This document shows, in pieces, positions 27,850 through 42,607 of a stretch of 64,000 nt of DNA. The DNA comes from Octopus vulgaris (taxonomy: Eukaryota), in assembly GCA_951406725.2 (NCBI GenBank), contig OX597833.1, positions 26,412,001 through 26,476,000 on the forward strand, read 5' to 3'. The number at the start of each line of letters is the position of its first letter. Position 1 is the stretch's first letter. The position numbers and the translations under genes were made by a program. The notes below the pieces were generated by a model. The model worked only from the letters and a program-made list of their open reading frames with translations, was not told the origin of the DNA and searched no databases.

Positions 27850-28325
27850 AAATTTTTTATATATACTCATGCTGATACATGACCTACGTGGGACGACTCC
27901 TCATTCGCATAATCACAGAACTTGGAGCTTAACGATAGTCCGTCCATAGCACTTACTCAGCATTACCCGACACCTTTGCGTCTTCTTGATGCCATTACCT
28001 CTCATAACCTCAATACATATATATATATCTTGATACTGCATGGAGTGAGATATTGACAGGCGCCTGATCTTATACAAAGTGTTAAACATGTACGGTACGC
28101 AAATTAGTAGCTGTAGTGGTTTGCTACTATTTGATTGGTTGAAGATATAGGCATATTGGCTGCTGATTCCTCTGGAATTGCTCAAATTGCTATATTCACC
28201 TCCAATGGGATCTCCAATGGTTCGAAAATTGGTTAAGTTTCTTGCCCTCTTCAAAAATATAGGTAAAGTTGTCCTCTATATATACAGACACACACACACA
28301 GATATATATATATATATATATACAC

Positions 28326-28356
<31 letters not shown>

Positions 28357-28429
28357 TATATACATACATACACACACATTCATATATTTACATGTGTGTA
28401 TGTATGTATATGTGTGTGTGTGTGTGTTT

Positions 28430-28473
<44 letters not shown>

Positions 28474-30286
28474 AGAGAGAGGCTTATTTTCCCCCTTGCT
28501 ATTTTCGCTGCTGCTACCACTACTATAACTGAAATGAACTGTAAATGCAGATTGCCAAATTGTACTTCATTTTGACATTTCCTACGAAGTCACCTTTAAC
28601 GATAAAACACACCTGGCATTTTCTTTTCTGTTTTTTTTTTACCTTTCCAACTAAGTACTTTCAGACGAAAAATGACAAAATGCTACAGCCGATGGTCAGA
28701 TTGGACAAAACACAGATAGAAAAAAAGCAAGACGCACACCCAGCACACGTATGGACACGCACACACATTTGTATGCATACATATGTATATACACACACAC
28801 ATATACATACACGCACATACACACACACATACACATACACACACACATATATATGCGTGTGTATATGCAAATGTATACAAGCGCACATACAGAGACATAC
28901 ATACACACATGCACCCACTCACACATACGCACACATTCACTCACACACACACATAACGTATGATCTGGTAAAGCAAGAATTATATGCCAAGTTATTTTCG
29001 AGTGATAGTTAGCATTTAGCTCGTATTTCTCAATAATCTCAACAGTCACTTAATATTATTCGAAGCATCTCGTTTAAACGAGTCTCGTTTACTGTTTAAT
29101 TTTTTTTTCCTTTTCACTAGCCTGTGAAGAAATACGTTTTTCTCTTTATATACATTAGCGGTAGTCGTAGTTGTAGAATAGCGCGGAATCAACATTGTCA
29201 CAGAATTATGCTTATACATACGTATTTGCAGCATCCATATTCGTAAAATGAGAATTTCCCAGGAGACCGTATCTTTAATATTTACATATCCACTTATTTT
29301 CTTATGTGATCAATCCCAGTAGATTTCGATGTAGGAAAACATATTTTTAAAATATTTTTGAAAAAATTTTTTTTTCAAAACATATTATAGGTCTTCATTT
29401 CGAATTTATTATCACATGTAAAAATGAGTTTAATACTTCAAAACTTGTGACCTCCATTAACCGTAATCTATTTCACACACTACATTTTATATTTGTCTAC
29501 GAAAGTATAGGTTAATGGTGGTTTCCTGAATTATGAATTATTCAGAGCTGTGCCGGATATAAAATCATTTTCACATTCATTTACATCGTTTTGCATTTGG
29601 AATTCAGCTCCGGTAAAATTCTACTTGGGCTTAGCTTATTCTGTAGACTACAAAATAATGTGTAGAATAAATATACTCAACTCTTCTAAATATGTCGCTT
29701 TGTGCCGATTTAAGGAATTCTTTTTAACAATTACACATTTTTCAAACGTGGAAGAGGCATTTTAATGAATGTAGAACACGCAACGATAAATATATTTGGT
29801 TTTTCTTTGTTTCGTGAGTGCGATGAAAATGGTGACATCTCTAGAAATAAACGCAAAGAAAATTTAAGTTCTTGTATGTTTTAAAATACTAAAATAGCTG
29901 TTCAAGTTGTAATTATCTTCTCAGAAGAAAAGTTTTCCAGAAAAGTCTGGTACCAAAATTCGTTATTTCTTAAGTTAACTGAAGCAATATTGTATTGAGT
30001 GCGCTGGCCAGAAATAACTGCCCTGAGAACAAAGCTAAATGAATATCCCTCTGAATGCTAAAAATACGTCAATCTATTTCGGACAGCATTTTCAGAAATA
30101 ATTCGTATCGATTTTATTCTATAATCACACAAGTATGATTTTCCTAAGGCTCTGTAGAATTAGATAATCATGCTCAGATACACGCACAACAGAAACAGCT
30201 GCACTATGTATGTGTATGTTTGCACTCGCGCGCGCACGCATTCTCTCTATCTATCTCTCTATCTCTATCTATCTACCTATCTATAT

Positions 30287-30352
<66 letters not shown>

Positions 30353-32950
30353 AGTACACACATATGGTTGATGTGTAGAATGGGAGAGATAGAGTGAGCA
30401 AAAGAAACTTTACTTTAGTTCCATAAATGAAACTAATTTGTGAAAAGTAAACTTAGCATAACATCCAGGTATTAATAAGTTTTCCGCGCAATCAGGTAAA
30501 TGTAAGGGAGAACATAAAATGAATCTGGGACATCTGCTATAAAAAAGCAACCGATATATCGACAGAGACGTTAAGCAGTTAGTTTTGTTCTTAACTCAAC
30601 TATTTTTGTTGGTATGTGTATTCAGGCTGGAGATTATCGTACGTATCTGAACATATCGTAAGATAAACTCGAGGCCCATTGATGTCAAACAACTACACAG
30701 CATTTCTTGTTATACAGCTCTTCTTAGTTATATACAGTTTTCGAAGGTATATCATATATTTGTCACCGACTGATGATTGATCCTGCAGTTTTGATAACAT
30801 TTTTTCATTTCATATCGGAAACCATCACTTGTCTGACAAGATGCAATTGTTTTATTCTTTTATTCTTTCTTTTTTTGTTGTTTTTTTGGGGGGAGGGGGG
30901 TTTCCTTCATATGTTGTGTTCTTTTTGATAGTGTATTTGATACAGAAATTGATCTTGCTTAGAAATATTTTGTAGTTTAGCCGCAACGGAGCCTTTATTC
31001 AACAGACTTTGCCTCATAAAGACTGAAACTGCGACCTTCCTGTCAGACTTAGCATTTTTCATACAAATTTTAAAATTACTTAAGGTGGCGAATCGTTAGC
31101 TCGTCAGGCAAAATGCGTAGCAGCATTTTCGTCCGTCTTTAAGTTCTGAGTTCAAATTCAGCCGGGGTCGACTCTGCCTTTCATCCCTCGGGAATCGATG
31201 AAATAAGTACCAGTTATACACTGGGTCGATTTAATTGACTTACTCCCTCCCCCAAATTTGCTGGCCCTGTGCCAAAAATTTAAACAGATATTACTTAATA
31301 CTGTTTGTAAGAATGGTTCTTTTTAAATGTCTGGCAGCATTATTTTACAAATTGTTCGATCAAATAATTTAAAATATTGTTTAGTGCTATAAGGAATAAT
31401 ATTTTTAATACAACATACGGCACTGTTACCCTTTTTTACATACTTAATAAAACATTTGAGATATTGTTTGATATTTTTCATATAAAATTTTAATATTAAT
31501 TCATTTTGTTTTGATGATATTTTACCATTGAGTGCGATCCAAATTCGTATTGTTTTTGATAACACGCTGCATTCTGGTAGTGTTTGATCACACTAAATTT
31601 GATAATACCATTACGACAGTAAACGAAACAAGAATGGAAGCTGGTCAAATGCCAAACGTTAACGTAGAATGTACGTCGTTACATTCAACTGGCGAAGATT
31701 CAAAAAGACAATGTTCTGCTGTGTAAATTCCCATTAGAAGATAACGGCCTGCTTGTTCAGGTTATAATGAGAACATGGTGTGAGGTCGTTTTCTTTTCCA
31801 AGGAGTTGCATCACGTTATCAACCACAAGTACTTTAACGGTATCTGTTACTAATTACAATGCACTGCGGATTGATATTACTTCAAGAGAGTCATGCAGAT
31901 CTGCCTTATGATTGTATTGAGGAATAGAAAACCATAAATCGACGGCCATAATAGACTAGCTCAACGGTTATAACTCTCTATGTTCAGTGTTTCAACTAAA
32001 ATTTCTCCATTATTTTTCTTTCTCAAATTTAAAAGGCAGACATTCAGTTGTCAGTACACTGCTGCAAATTAGTCACTCCCAGCGTCATCCGATACCTAAT
32101 TAATTTTAATTAATCAAAATTTCAAAGTTGGTAATTCCTGCCTCAGGCATTTAGATAATAATTTATTTTCCTAAGTTAACGTGTAATTTTGAATAATTAA
32201 AATTAACTACATCAAATATATTTAACGCACTTAACTAACGATGAAATCAATTAAGTACTGCGTCAGTAGCATGGAGAATATGAATCCTTATTATTACTAT
32301 ATTCCAACGGCGGTGAGCTATTATCCTTTATTTACCTTTATATCCTTTGCATACGTCCCTTCTTTTTCAGTGTATACCGCGTATCACTTTTACTCTTTTA
32401 CTTGTTTCACTCATTTGACTGTGGCCATGCTGCAATGCCACCTTTAGTCGACCAAATCGATCCCAGGACTTATTCATTATAAGCTTAGTATTTATTCTAT
32501 CGGTCTCTTTTGACGAACCGCTAAGTTACGGGGTCATAAACACACCAGTTGTTAAGCGAAGTTGGAGAGACAAATACAGATACACACACATACATATATA
32601 TATATATATACATACATACGACGGGCTTCTTTCAGTTTCCGTCTACCAAATCCACTCACGCGTCTGATTGGGGTTCACCAGTCACATGCATCATAACCAT
32701 ATGTGCGCAACATAGTGATCACATATCAAGACAAACAGCGCATGACTTTGCAGGTGGGGGTGCAGTTAGAATTTTCTTCAGGTCGAGTAGCCCATCCTGC
32801 TCAAAAGGTCCCACAATAAGGGTTATTTAAGGATAATAAACAAAACACCCATGCTTCCAGAGGTGAATTATTCAAACCTCAAATAATTCATTTCAACACA
32901 TGGCTATGATGCTCAGACAAGACTATGAGGCTCCCCCATTATTATTATTA

Positions 32951-33003
<53 letters not shown>

Positions 33004-33004
<1 letters not shown>

Positions 33005-36000
33005 CGTAGTTTTATTTTTATAGCGTGCTTTCACTTCACTACCGAGCGCAGCTCTGTGTACCTTGGGTATGTGCTGTGATTTGTTGTGATGCTCTGATGG
33101 TTATTGTATGGAAAGTGTTCTGCGTAGGATGTGTGCAGTGCCTAGTAGTGCAATTTTCTGTATGTTATATGTGTTTGTAAGTCCTGGTGTTTTTGTTATG
33201 TATTTGTCTGAATATTTTTTATCATGCCTAATGCACCTACTATGATAGGAATTGTTTCTGTTTTCAGGTTCCACATTCTAGTTACCTCTATTTCCAGGTC
33301 TTTGTATTTTGAGAGTTTCTCCATTTCTTTTAGAGACACGTTGTCATCTGCCGGTATTGATACATCAATTAGAAAGCATTTTTTTCTTCATGATCTCTGA
33401 CAACTATATCTGGTCTGTTGGCCTTAATTTCTCTATCTGTGTGTATCGGCATATCCCAGAGTATGGTTGCTTTCTCGTTTTCTGTGACCTTTTCTGGTGT
33501 GTGCCTATACCAACTTTTTTCTGTTGTTATTCCATAATGTTGGCGTAGCTTCCAATGTATGTAGGTTCCAACTTTGTCATGTCTGTGAATATATTCCTTC
33601 TTAGCCAGGACTGGGCAGCTAGAGATAATATGATTTATTGTTTCTTGTCCATCTCCACATATTCTGCAGTTACTTGTTATATTTCTTTTCATTACATGCT
33701 TTTGGTAATTTCTGGTGGGGAGGCTTTGGTCTTGTGCTGCAATTAAAAATCCCACTGTCTCTGCTTTGAGTCCTGAGCTTCTCAACCATTGGCTAGGATT
33801 TTTCTTTGTCTATTTCTTTTGCGTTTAGTTTAGTCCAGTATTTACCATGAAGGGGCTTTTCTTGCCATCGTTTTATCATGGTTCGTTGCTGTTCTATTTT
33901 TAGTTTGGATCTCATTTGTTTTATAGCTTTTGTTGTTTCGTCATCTTCTTCTTCTTCTTCTTCTTCTTCATATTTATTAGGTGGTATGATTTCTTGTTTG
34001 TATTTGTCAGCTTCCTTAAATACTGAGAACAGTTTTTTGTTTTGCTCGTGTTTTGCCGCTATTAGTATCAGTTTTCCTTCCTTCTGAAGTAGATATTTTT
34101 GCAGTCCTATGGTAGTTATTTTATAGTAGTTTTCCAGCTGTATAAGGCCTCTATCATCTTCTATACGTTGTATATATAGCCTTTCTATGTCAGATTTTAG
34201 GTGATGCCTCCTAGATCCTGTCATTATTTTTCTTGTTTTCCTATCTATTTTGGTCAGTTCATTTAGTGTCCAGTTAAGGATATTGTAGCTGTAACTTATA
34301 ACTGGGACAGCTAAAGTGTTAATACCTATTATCTTGTTTTTAGCATTGAGCTCTGTTTTTAGTATTGATCTAACTCGTCTATAATATACTTTTTTTATTT
34401 TCTCTTTCATTTGTGTCTGTTGTGTCTTATCTAGTTCGTGGATTCCTAAGTATTTGTAAGTTTGGCTTTGGTCTAATTCTTTTATTTCATTGGTTTTATC
34501 TAGTGTGATGTTGCTACTCTTAACTAGTTTTCCTCTTTTCATGGTTACTTTGGCGCATTTTTCTAATCCAAATTTCATATCTATTTCTTTGGTAAATCCA
34601 TGAACTGTCTTTAATAGTGTTTCCAGCTGTTTGTCATTTGCAGCGTATAGTTTTAGGTCATCCATATATAAAAAGGTGGCTGATCGTTTTGCCGTAACAT
34701 TTATATCCGCATCCAGTTCTATTTAGCATATCAGATAGAGGTGACAGTGCCAAGCTGAAAAGGAGTGGAGAGAGCGTGTCTCCCTGGTATATTCCTCTTC
34801 TAATGGGGATGGCTTTGGTTTTCAAGAGTCCCTCTTTTGTTTGGAGCTGTAGCACTGTTTGCCATCTATTCATAGAGTGCCCTATGAATTTTATAATTGT
34901 TGGTGCTACTTTGTTAATGGCTAGTGTTTCAAGGATCCATGTGTGGGGGATGCTATCAAACGCCTTTTTGTAGTCGATCCAGGCAATACTGAGGCCTTTC
35001 TTCTTTCTGTGGCTGTCTTCAGTTATGGCTTTATTAATCATTAGTTGATCTTTACAGCCATATGAGCCTTTGCGGCATACTTTCTGCTCTTCTGGAAACA
35101 GGTTGTTTTCGTCAAGGTGCTTGTACAATCTTTGCGATATCACTGCAGTAAATGCCTTGTACATTGTAGGGAGACAGGTTATTGGTCTGTAGTTTTCTGG
35201 TTTTGCTGTCTCATTTGATTTGGGAATTAAGATAGTTTTCCCCTTCGAGAGCCATTCAGGCATTGTCTCTGGCTCTGCTAGTATGCTGTTAAAGTTTTCA
35301 GCCAGCTTTTTGTGCATTCCTGTTAGATATTTCAACCAGAAGTTGGGGATCTTGTCATGCCCAGGTGCCTTCCAGTTGCTTAGTCTTTGCAGTGCCTGGG
35401 TGACATCTTCAGTTGTTATGGGGGTCCAAAATTGATCAGATGCTGAGTTTGTTGTTTTAATACTCCTTTTTTTTGGTTGTTCGTTCGCTGACCATATTTC
35501 TCTCCAGAATTCTTCCACTTCTTCTGCCGTGTGTGCTGCAGGAATTTCTATTTTATTTTTGCCAAGTTCTTGGTAGAACTTTTTGGGGTTGGAGTTGAAC
35601 TGTTTGTTTTGTTCAAAGAAGCGCTGGCGTTTCTCGTACCGGCGGATCCTTTGTGCTTTGGCAAGGATATCTTGCTTCAGCTTTTCTTTTATCTCAGGTA
35701 AGTCTTTTTCTGCGATGGTATATTTGCGGAGTATTTTTGTTCTCTTTTTGTTGCTCAGTAGCGTTGATTGTTTGCTGATTTCATTAAGAATCGACAGATC
35801 TTTTCTCATTTTTTGTATTTTGTTTTGGATATTATTTATCCACAGGGTTTGTTTGGGTGGTGGTACTCCTGTTTGGATGGGTTTGAGTGAGTATCCAGCT
35901 TCTTTTATGGCTTCAGTGGCTGCTGCGTATACTAAGTCATTTAGCTCAGTGATATCGCTTTTTGTTCAGTGGCTATTAGTTCCGTGACGGCTAGATTTAT

Positions 36001-37065
36001 GCTGTTTATAATTGGTGTTGTTGTTTCGTCTATTTTGATTTTTGGGAGGTATGGTCGGTGGTCCATTTTGAGCTCTGTGGTTTTCAGTTCTTTGATTATT
36101 TTACTTTTTATATTATCATAATCATTAGGCTCCCATTCATTGTGTCCAGGTTTTAGCTTTGTGTCGCTTTCTTTCTTATTTATATGTTTGTTTGCCGTGT
36201 TTTGGCTTGCTGTTTGTCGTGTATTATTATGCATCCTTAGGGTCTGGGTTTTTTGTTTTTAGTTTACATCGTGTTTGTTGGGAATGTTACGGTTGTCTTC
36301 GTGTTTTACTGTTTCAGTGTTTATATTATTGGGCATTGTTGTGTGGCTTCTATCTATATTTTCCTGGTGTATTTTTTCTTTTAGATGTTCTATTTCTATT
36401 TCTGATATTTTTTTTGCGTTGAGAATGTATCTTCGTACGTTAGCTAATTTATTAGGGTTCATTGCTGTATCCAAGTCTATATTTATGTTATTTTCCTCCC
36501 ATATTTAATATGTATGTGTTGTTGTGTTTTCATTTTTTGGGTAGACCACTGCTGTGAAGTATGCGTGTAGGATAGAAATGTATTCCTCACGTGTCCATTT
36601 ATGTCTTTTGGGTTTCATTTGCGGGACATGAGGAACAACGTCCGGCCCATTATTTTGAAGGTCGTCATTTTCGTAGGATACCGGTCCGTTCATTTCTGTT
36701 GTCACATTGTTTTGCACGTGTAGTTTTTCGTACATTTTGTGTTGTAAGTTTAAAGTACGTACCTCCCGATTGTTATTCTTGGGTTGAATAATATCGCTGG
36801 TATTTAATTTCTTCGTAGTTCCTTTGTACATGGTGTTTGAGGTCGGGGATGATCTGGTGTTGATTAATCGTAATGTTCCACGCATGTTTATATGTGTTGT
36901 GCTAGAGGTGGAGATGATATCGAGTCAAAATACATCATTTCGTTTCGAAAATAGTAATAAATTTCAATTAGTATTACTTACTCGGATACAGTCCAATCCT
37001 TTGTTAGTAAATCTTTGGCTCCATACGATGTCCTTGTTTTCGATGTTTGTTATTTTTGTTATTAT
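33004..37065 (-). mobile_element. R4/Dong-clade non-LTR retrotransposon, near full length, inserted in (TAA)n
   Basis: Single long disrupted ORF; (ATT)n tracts on both sides (32938-33003 and ~37070-37177). Confidence 0.93.
33101..36885 (-). pseudogene. RT plus restriction-like endonuclease ORF of the Dong/R4 element (frameshifted)
   Basis: N-terminal KRHKWTREE; RT motifs YRPITCLPTMYK, WIDYKKAFDSIPH, GIYQGDTLSPLLF, YMDDLKLY, KYLGI; CCHC CRIC...HIISSC; RLE RHD, RPDIV, EKLSKYKDL. Confidence 0.93.
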
Positions 37066-37066
37066 G

Positions 37067-37122
<56 letters not shown>

Positions 37123-37142
37123 CATTATTATTATTATTATTA

Positions 37143-37179
<37 letters not shown>

Positions 37180-37623
37180 AGCGGCAAGGTGGCAGAATCG
37201 GTAGCAAGCCAGGCAAAATGCTCAACGGCATTTCATCCGTCTTTATGTTTTGTGTTCAAATTCTGCGGAGGTCCTCAGCCGTTTATCATTTTGGGGTTGA
37301 TAAAATAAGTACCAGTTAAGCAGTGGGGTCCTTGTAATCAACTCTTCTCCTCCCAATCCACCAAAAATTCCTAGCCTTGTGCCTTAAACAGAAAGCATTA
37401 TTACTATATTCCATGTTTAAGCGGCGAAATGGCAGAATCATTATCACACGTAAAATGTTTTGCGCCATTTTTTAGGTCCTGATATCAAATTTCCTCGTGG
37501 CCGACATTCCCTTTCTGCTTTCGGGGTCAATAAAATTAAGTACCAATTCAGACCTGGAGTTGGCGTAATTAACTTTCTTTTCCCTGCTTAAGTATGCATA
37601 TATACATTTCTATGTATGTATCA

Positions 37624-37675
<52 letters not shown>

Positions 37676-37705
37676 ATTCTCTCTCTCTCGCTCTCTCTTT
37701 CTGTA

Positions 37706-38115
37706 GCTGTGTGATAAGAAGCTTGCTTACCAACCACATGGTCCCGGATTCAGTCCCACTGTGTGGTACCTTGGGCAAATGCATCCTACTATATCTTCGG
37801 ACCAATCAAAGCTTTGTGAGTGGACTTGGTAGACGGGAACTGAAAGAAGCCCATCGTATATGTTTGTGTGTGTGTGTGTGTGAATGTGGTGTGTGTATGT
37901 GTGTGTGTACTAGTGTGCCTGTGCTTGTCCCCCCAACATCGATTGACAACCAATGTTAGTGTGTTTACGTCCCCGTAACTTAGTGGCTCAGCAAAATAGA
38001 CCGACAAAAAGTACCAGGAGTATAAAGAATAAGTCCTGCGGTCGATTTGTTCGACTAAAGGCAGTGCCCCAGCACGTTCAAAGTCAAATGACTAAAGCAG
38101 GTAAAAGAATAAAAG
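37706..38115 (+). mobile_element. SINE family A; other partial copies at ~7490-7650, 9140-9330 and 32387-32660 (-), 38805-39010 and 39600-39710
   Basis: Homology to 54985-55362. Confidence 0.85.
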
Positions 38116-38138
38116 CATATGTGTGTGTATGTGTGTGT

Positions 38139-38187
<49 letters not shown>

Positions 38188-39022
38188 TTCACGTGACCAG
38201 TACATATGATTATCGTATTTAAACTGTTACTGAATAATTTATAGATCTTTGTTTTTAATTTCGTGCGGAAAATACGGAACTATAATAAATATTTTAAATA
38301 ACGATTAGAAGACGGTTACAGAGATAAAATAGCTGATACTTAGACAAACAAACAAATAGATGAAGAATGAACAAAAATAACTCATTGATAGAGATTTAGT
38401 AAATCTACATAGATAATGGTTATCCCTGTAGATAGTTTATGTGCGTCTATGTATTTTTCTATGTGAGTAGCGACGGAGTGAGTAAGAAAGAGAAGGAATG
38501 GGAGACCTTAATTTAAGCATTTTAAATGCAAACATTGTCTCAGTAAGATTTCACTGCATATACACATTACGAAACACAGATAATCACACATTCATACACA
38601 TAGACACACACACACACACACAGCAAAACTTATTGTATGTGAAAGCAGGTGTGTTCATCAGAGTATTTACGCATGTATCAATGTATCTAAACAACTATAT
38701 ATTTCACTCACTTCCTGTCTGAAGCTATTTAGCTTTCTTCTGTCTATCATCTTTCTATAATTACAGTTTAACGGTACAGAAAATAATAATTATAGTTTTA
38801 TATCATGTGGCTGTGCGGTAAGAGATAAGGAGCTTGCTTCCTAACCACATGGTTCCGGATTCAGTCCCACTCTGTGGCAAACATAAAAACATGTAAATTC
38901 TTTTGTTTTAGTCATTTGAATGTGACCATGCAGGAGCACCGCCTTTAGTCGAACGAATCGACCCCAGGACTTATTCTTTGTAAGCCTGGTACTTATTCTA
39001 TCAGACTCTTATATATATAAGA

Positions 39023-39517
39023 AGGAAAACAATCAGCCTCAAATCTCTGAGCGAGAAGTAAACAGTAACTGTACTACAGAGTAAAATCTATTTGCCAACA
39101 TGAATTGACAGTCCTGCTTAGGACGATGTTACTACCCTTTTTAGCCGCAGGAAAACATCTTTTCCAGCTGGCTACCGACGCACAACTGCGCCCGTATACC
39201 CCGAACAAGGGAGCTAATGTCCCCACTCAAACTTAAACGGTACCTGCGGACCATTGTTTCTGAGTTATTTCTCTTCATCGGTACAGGATAATCTCGTTCG
39301 AAGTATATACTTAGAGTGACACACAGTTACTGACCTCGTAAAGAGGAAAACAATCGGACCCAAATCTTTGAGCGAGAAGATCTAACAGTGGTGCGTCGGT
39401 AGCCAGCTGGAAAAGATGTTTTCCTGGGGCTAAAAAAGGGTAGTAATGTTGTCCTAATTAGGACTGTCAATTCATGTTGTCAAATAGATTTTACTCTGTA
39501 GTATTGTTACTATTTAC
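39023..39517. mobile_element. Penelope-type tandem plus inverted repeat element with internal hammerhead (39243-39287, minus)
   Basis: Inverted arms 39058-39188 and 39386-39517; direct repeat 39023-39058 and 39344-39379; CCTGTA-CCGATGA-AGAG..CTCA-GAAAC-AATG-GTC-CGCAGG. Confidence 0.75.
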
Positions 39518-39534
39518 GTTGGCAAATAGGTTTT

Positions 39535-39588
<54 letters not shown>

Positions 39589-40186
39589 CACGCACATGCA
39601 TAGGCCTCAGTCCCACTGTCTGGTACCTTGGGCAAGTATCTTGTACTATAGCCTTGAGTCGACCAAAGCGTTGTGAGTCGATTTGGTAGATAGAAATTGA
39701 AAGAAACACATGAGTAGTTACCATACAGCGTACATTTAAAACAGTTCAATGTATATAAACGAATACATATATAAATAAATAAAATGTTAAAAGTTAGCAT
39801 AAGATGAAAAAGATATAAGATAAATACATTATATACTTGTTTATCCACTTGCTGCGCAGATGATAAAGTGGAAACGTGCTGGGTCCATACCCCACTCTGC
39901 ACGTAGATCGAAACTACGGTCTGCGAAAAAGATCTAAGTCTCGCAGCTGAGTTGTCTAAAAGTATATACATCATATACATGCTATATACAGGGGTAGGTA
40001 GTAATTATATTAAGCAAAAGAAATTTATAGAAGATCAAGGGACCACCAAATTAACTTGGTACACCAAACCCAGTGCGTGAGAGTGTGCATACATACACGC
40101 ACATATATATATATTATATATATATGTATGTATATATACACACATATATATTATATGAATATATATATATACACATATATATTATA

Positions 40187-40236
<50 letters not shown>

Positions 40237-40971
40237 CACTAATATCGAAGTATCGAACAGTGAAAATGAGTGCTCAACGCCGCATAGCCATATGTGCTTT
40301 TTATTCGTGGTTTAATAAGGCTACCATTGGTTTAATTCGCCATTTATCTTCCCTGTGGCACTCGCCTTCACCATTGATGAGAATATTCTCCTCCAAGATG
40401 GTGACGAGTACCAAGTTTCCAGTGTGTCAGGCTTGTTAATTGCTGAGAATTCTTGGCATGAAAGCCAATGATAGTTTTTTTGTTAACCCCAAATATTGTG
40501 TGTATATATATATATATATATACCGCTCAGGTTATTTTCTGTGAAGAACGTAGTAGAGTACAGTATAATGCCCGTCCACCTTCAGATTTCACCCAGTACT
40601 ATCCAACAGTAATAGTGTACCTACTGCCAGATTTGCGTTGGGGCTTCTGTAGTGTGTGAATGTATAATTGAAGTTGGAGTCAACAAGGAGTACAGAGGAG
40701 CATTTATTTGTAATCATTACTGCACATTTTGAAACAACAAGTGGTTATTACAACATCGTTCAACCACGACAGGCAGAAAGGATACGGTCGAAGTCAAATA
40801 TTTGACTTTACGAAATATAAGCAATATTTATATATCACCTAACGAAACACAAGGGAAACGGTTACATAAACAAGTACCTACGAACCTGGAGAACGTCGTT
40901 GCGTGGAAACAATTGTAGTGATTACAAATAAAGGTTCCCCTGTACTCCTTGTTATTGACTCCAACTTATTC

Positions 40972-41029
<58 letters not shown>

Positions 41030-41112
41030 AAGTAATAACGTTAATATCTCTGTCCGGGTCGCGAATAGGCTGGTCAGTACATATGTATGTATGTTTTGTT
41101 GAGATATTAATA

Positions 41113-41151
41113 GTTTCATATGTTGAGAAATACCTCAAACATATTCATCAG
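41113..41151 (-). ncRNA. Hammerhead core with strong stem II, 3' strand of stem I lost
   Basis: CTGATGA-ATATGTTTGAG-GTATTT-CTCAACATAT-GAAAC. Confidence 0.55.
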
Positions 41152-41277
41152 GCACAAACCACATAATGAATTAAAATTTGAATCAGAGATGGAACGCGAG
41201 AAATTGAAAATGAAGTATATAGAAAACGTGGAAGGTTAAAAAATAGTGCATTATATACACATATATATGTATGTATG

Positions 41278-41309
<32 letters not shown>

Positions 41310-42404
41310 TGTATATGTATATACATACATACATGCATACATACATATATGCGAGTATAAGAGTAGTGTTCCCAGCATTAGCGCAAGGCATGCAATGCAT
41401 GCTGAAGATATGTCAAGGAAAGCAAATAACAAATCAGATTTTAATAACTTCAATTTTAATGAATGATAGTCAGAACTTGGAAACACATGTGTAATGTGTG
41501 CGCTATTTCTATTATACGGTATTCATTTTTGAAATTGCATGTTCTGACTTAATTAACAGAACTCACTGCACGTTATTCTACTCCTCCTCCTTCGTATTCT
41601 TGCTCTTGTTGTTGTTCTTTACTTGGTCTTCTACTTTTCTTTTTCTTCTTCTTCTTCTTCTTCTTCTTCTTCTTCTTCTTCTTCTTCTTCTTCTTCTTTT
41701 TCTCTTTCAGTTCGATCTTTTTTACCTGTCTTTTTGTAGCCTATTACTTTTACTTCTTCCGTCGTTATTTTTTCATTATTTGTCAAATGTGATTTAATCA
41801 AGCCGTTTCATTTATTCAATTGCAGTCAATAAAACCGAAGAGAATATTGTTTTCTTTAGACAAAGCATATAATGTGTGTAGGAGGATGGGAACAAAACAG
41901 GATAATTTTACCATTATGCATCTTCCGAATATTTTTATTTTGAGAAATTGTGAAATTAATTCCACTACAAGGACTTGAAGATGTGTTTTCGCTCCATTAT
42001 TTTTTCCTTTACTGAGAGTCGAATTCTTGTCCCTCACCTCCATACTAGATGCGGTGTTACATAACATAAAAAGGAAACGAATGCATCAATCACTTATACT
42101 TTTGAAATAAAATCCAAAGACAATTTGCTGGTGTCATTAAGGTTGCTTATCGCGTGGATTTGAAAAGTATAACATTTCGTAGAACGTTTTTCCAAGTTAG
42201 CCCTGATACGTGGTTTATGGTATGCACTACATTTCAATCGATTGAAAAACCGAGTTCCATGCATTTTTAATAACAAAATTAAACAGTTTTTTATATTCAT
42301 ATAATTGTTTCAAAAATACGTTATTCTTATTTTCATTATATACATAGATAGAAATAATACACTTCTAAATATTTCAGAGAGATTTATACAGTAGTGATAC
42401 AAGA

Positions 42405-42607
42405 AAGTAGTTGTATGCTGTCAACTTAATGTCACAGTCCCATGAAGAGTTAGCTGGGTGGAGGTGCTTCTCTTGCCCTTCTAAACATAAGGACACAGGA
42501 AATGTGTCAAAGATGACAGAAAGCGGTGGTGCTTCCTAGGGCTAAATAGCAGTAGTATTATTCCCTTCATGGGACTGTCACATTAAGTTGACAGCATACA
42601 ATTACTT
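42405..42607. repeat. 43-bp inverted repeat, related to the 39.0 and 57.2 kb fold-back family
   Basis: 42405-42447 vs 42565-42607; shared TTCCTAGGGCTAAA...GGACTGTCA. Confidence 0.8.

Noticed and set aside
30620-31900. Very old mariner remnants (also ~62200-62350)
   Set aside because: Only faint motif echoes (NSRP, SPTD, YSP); too degraded to annotate without a profile search
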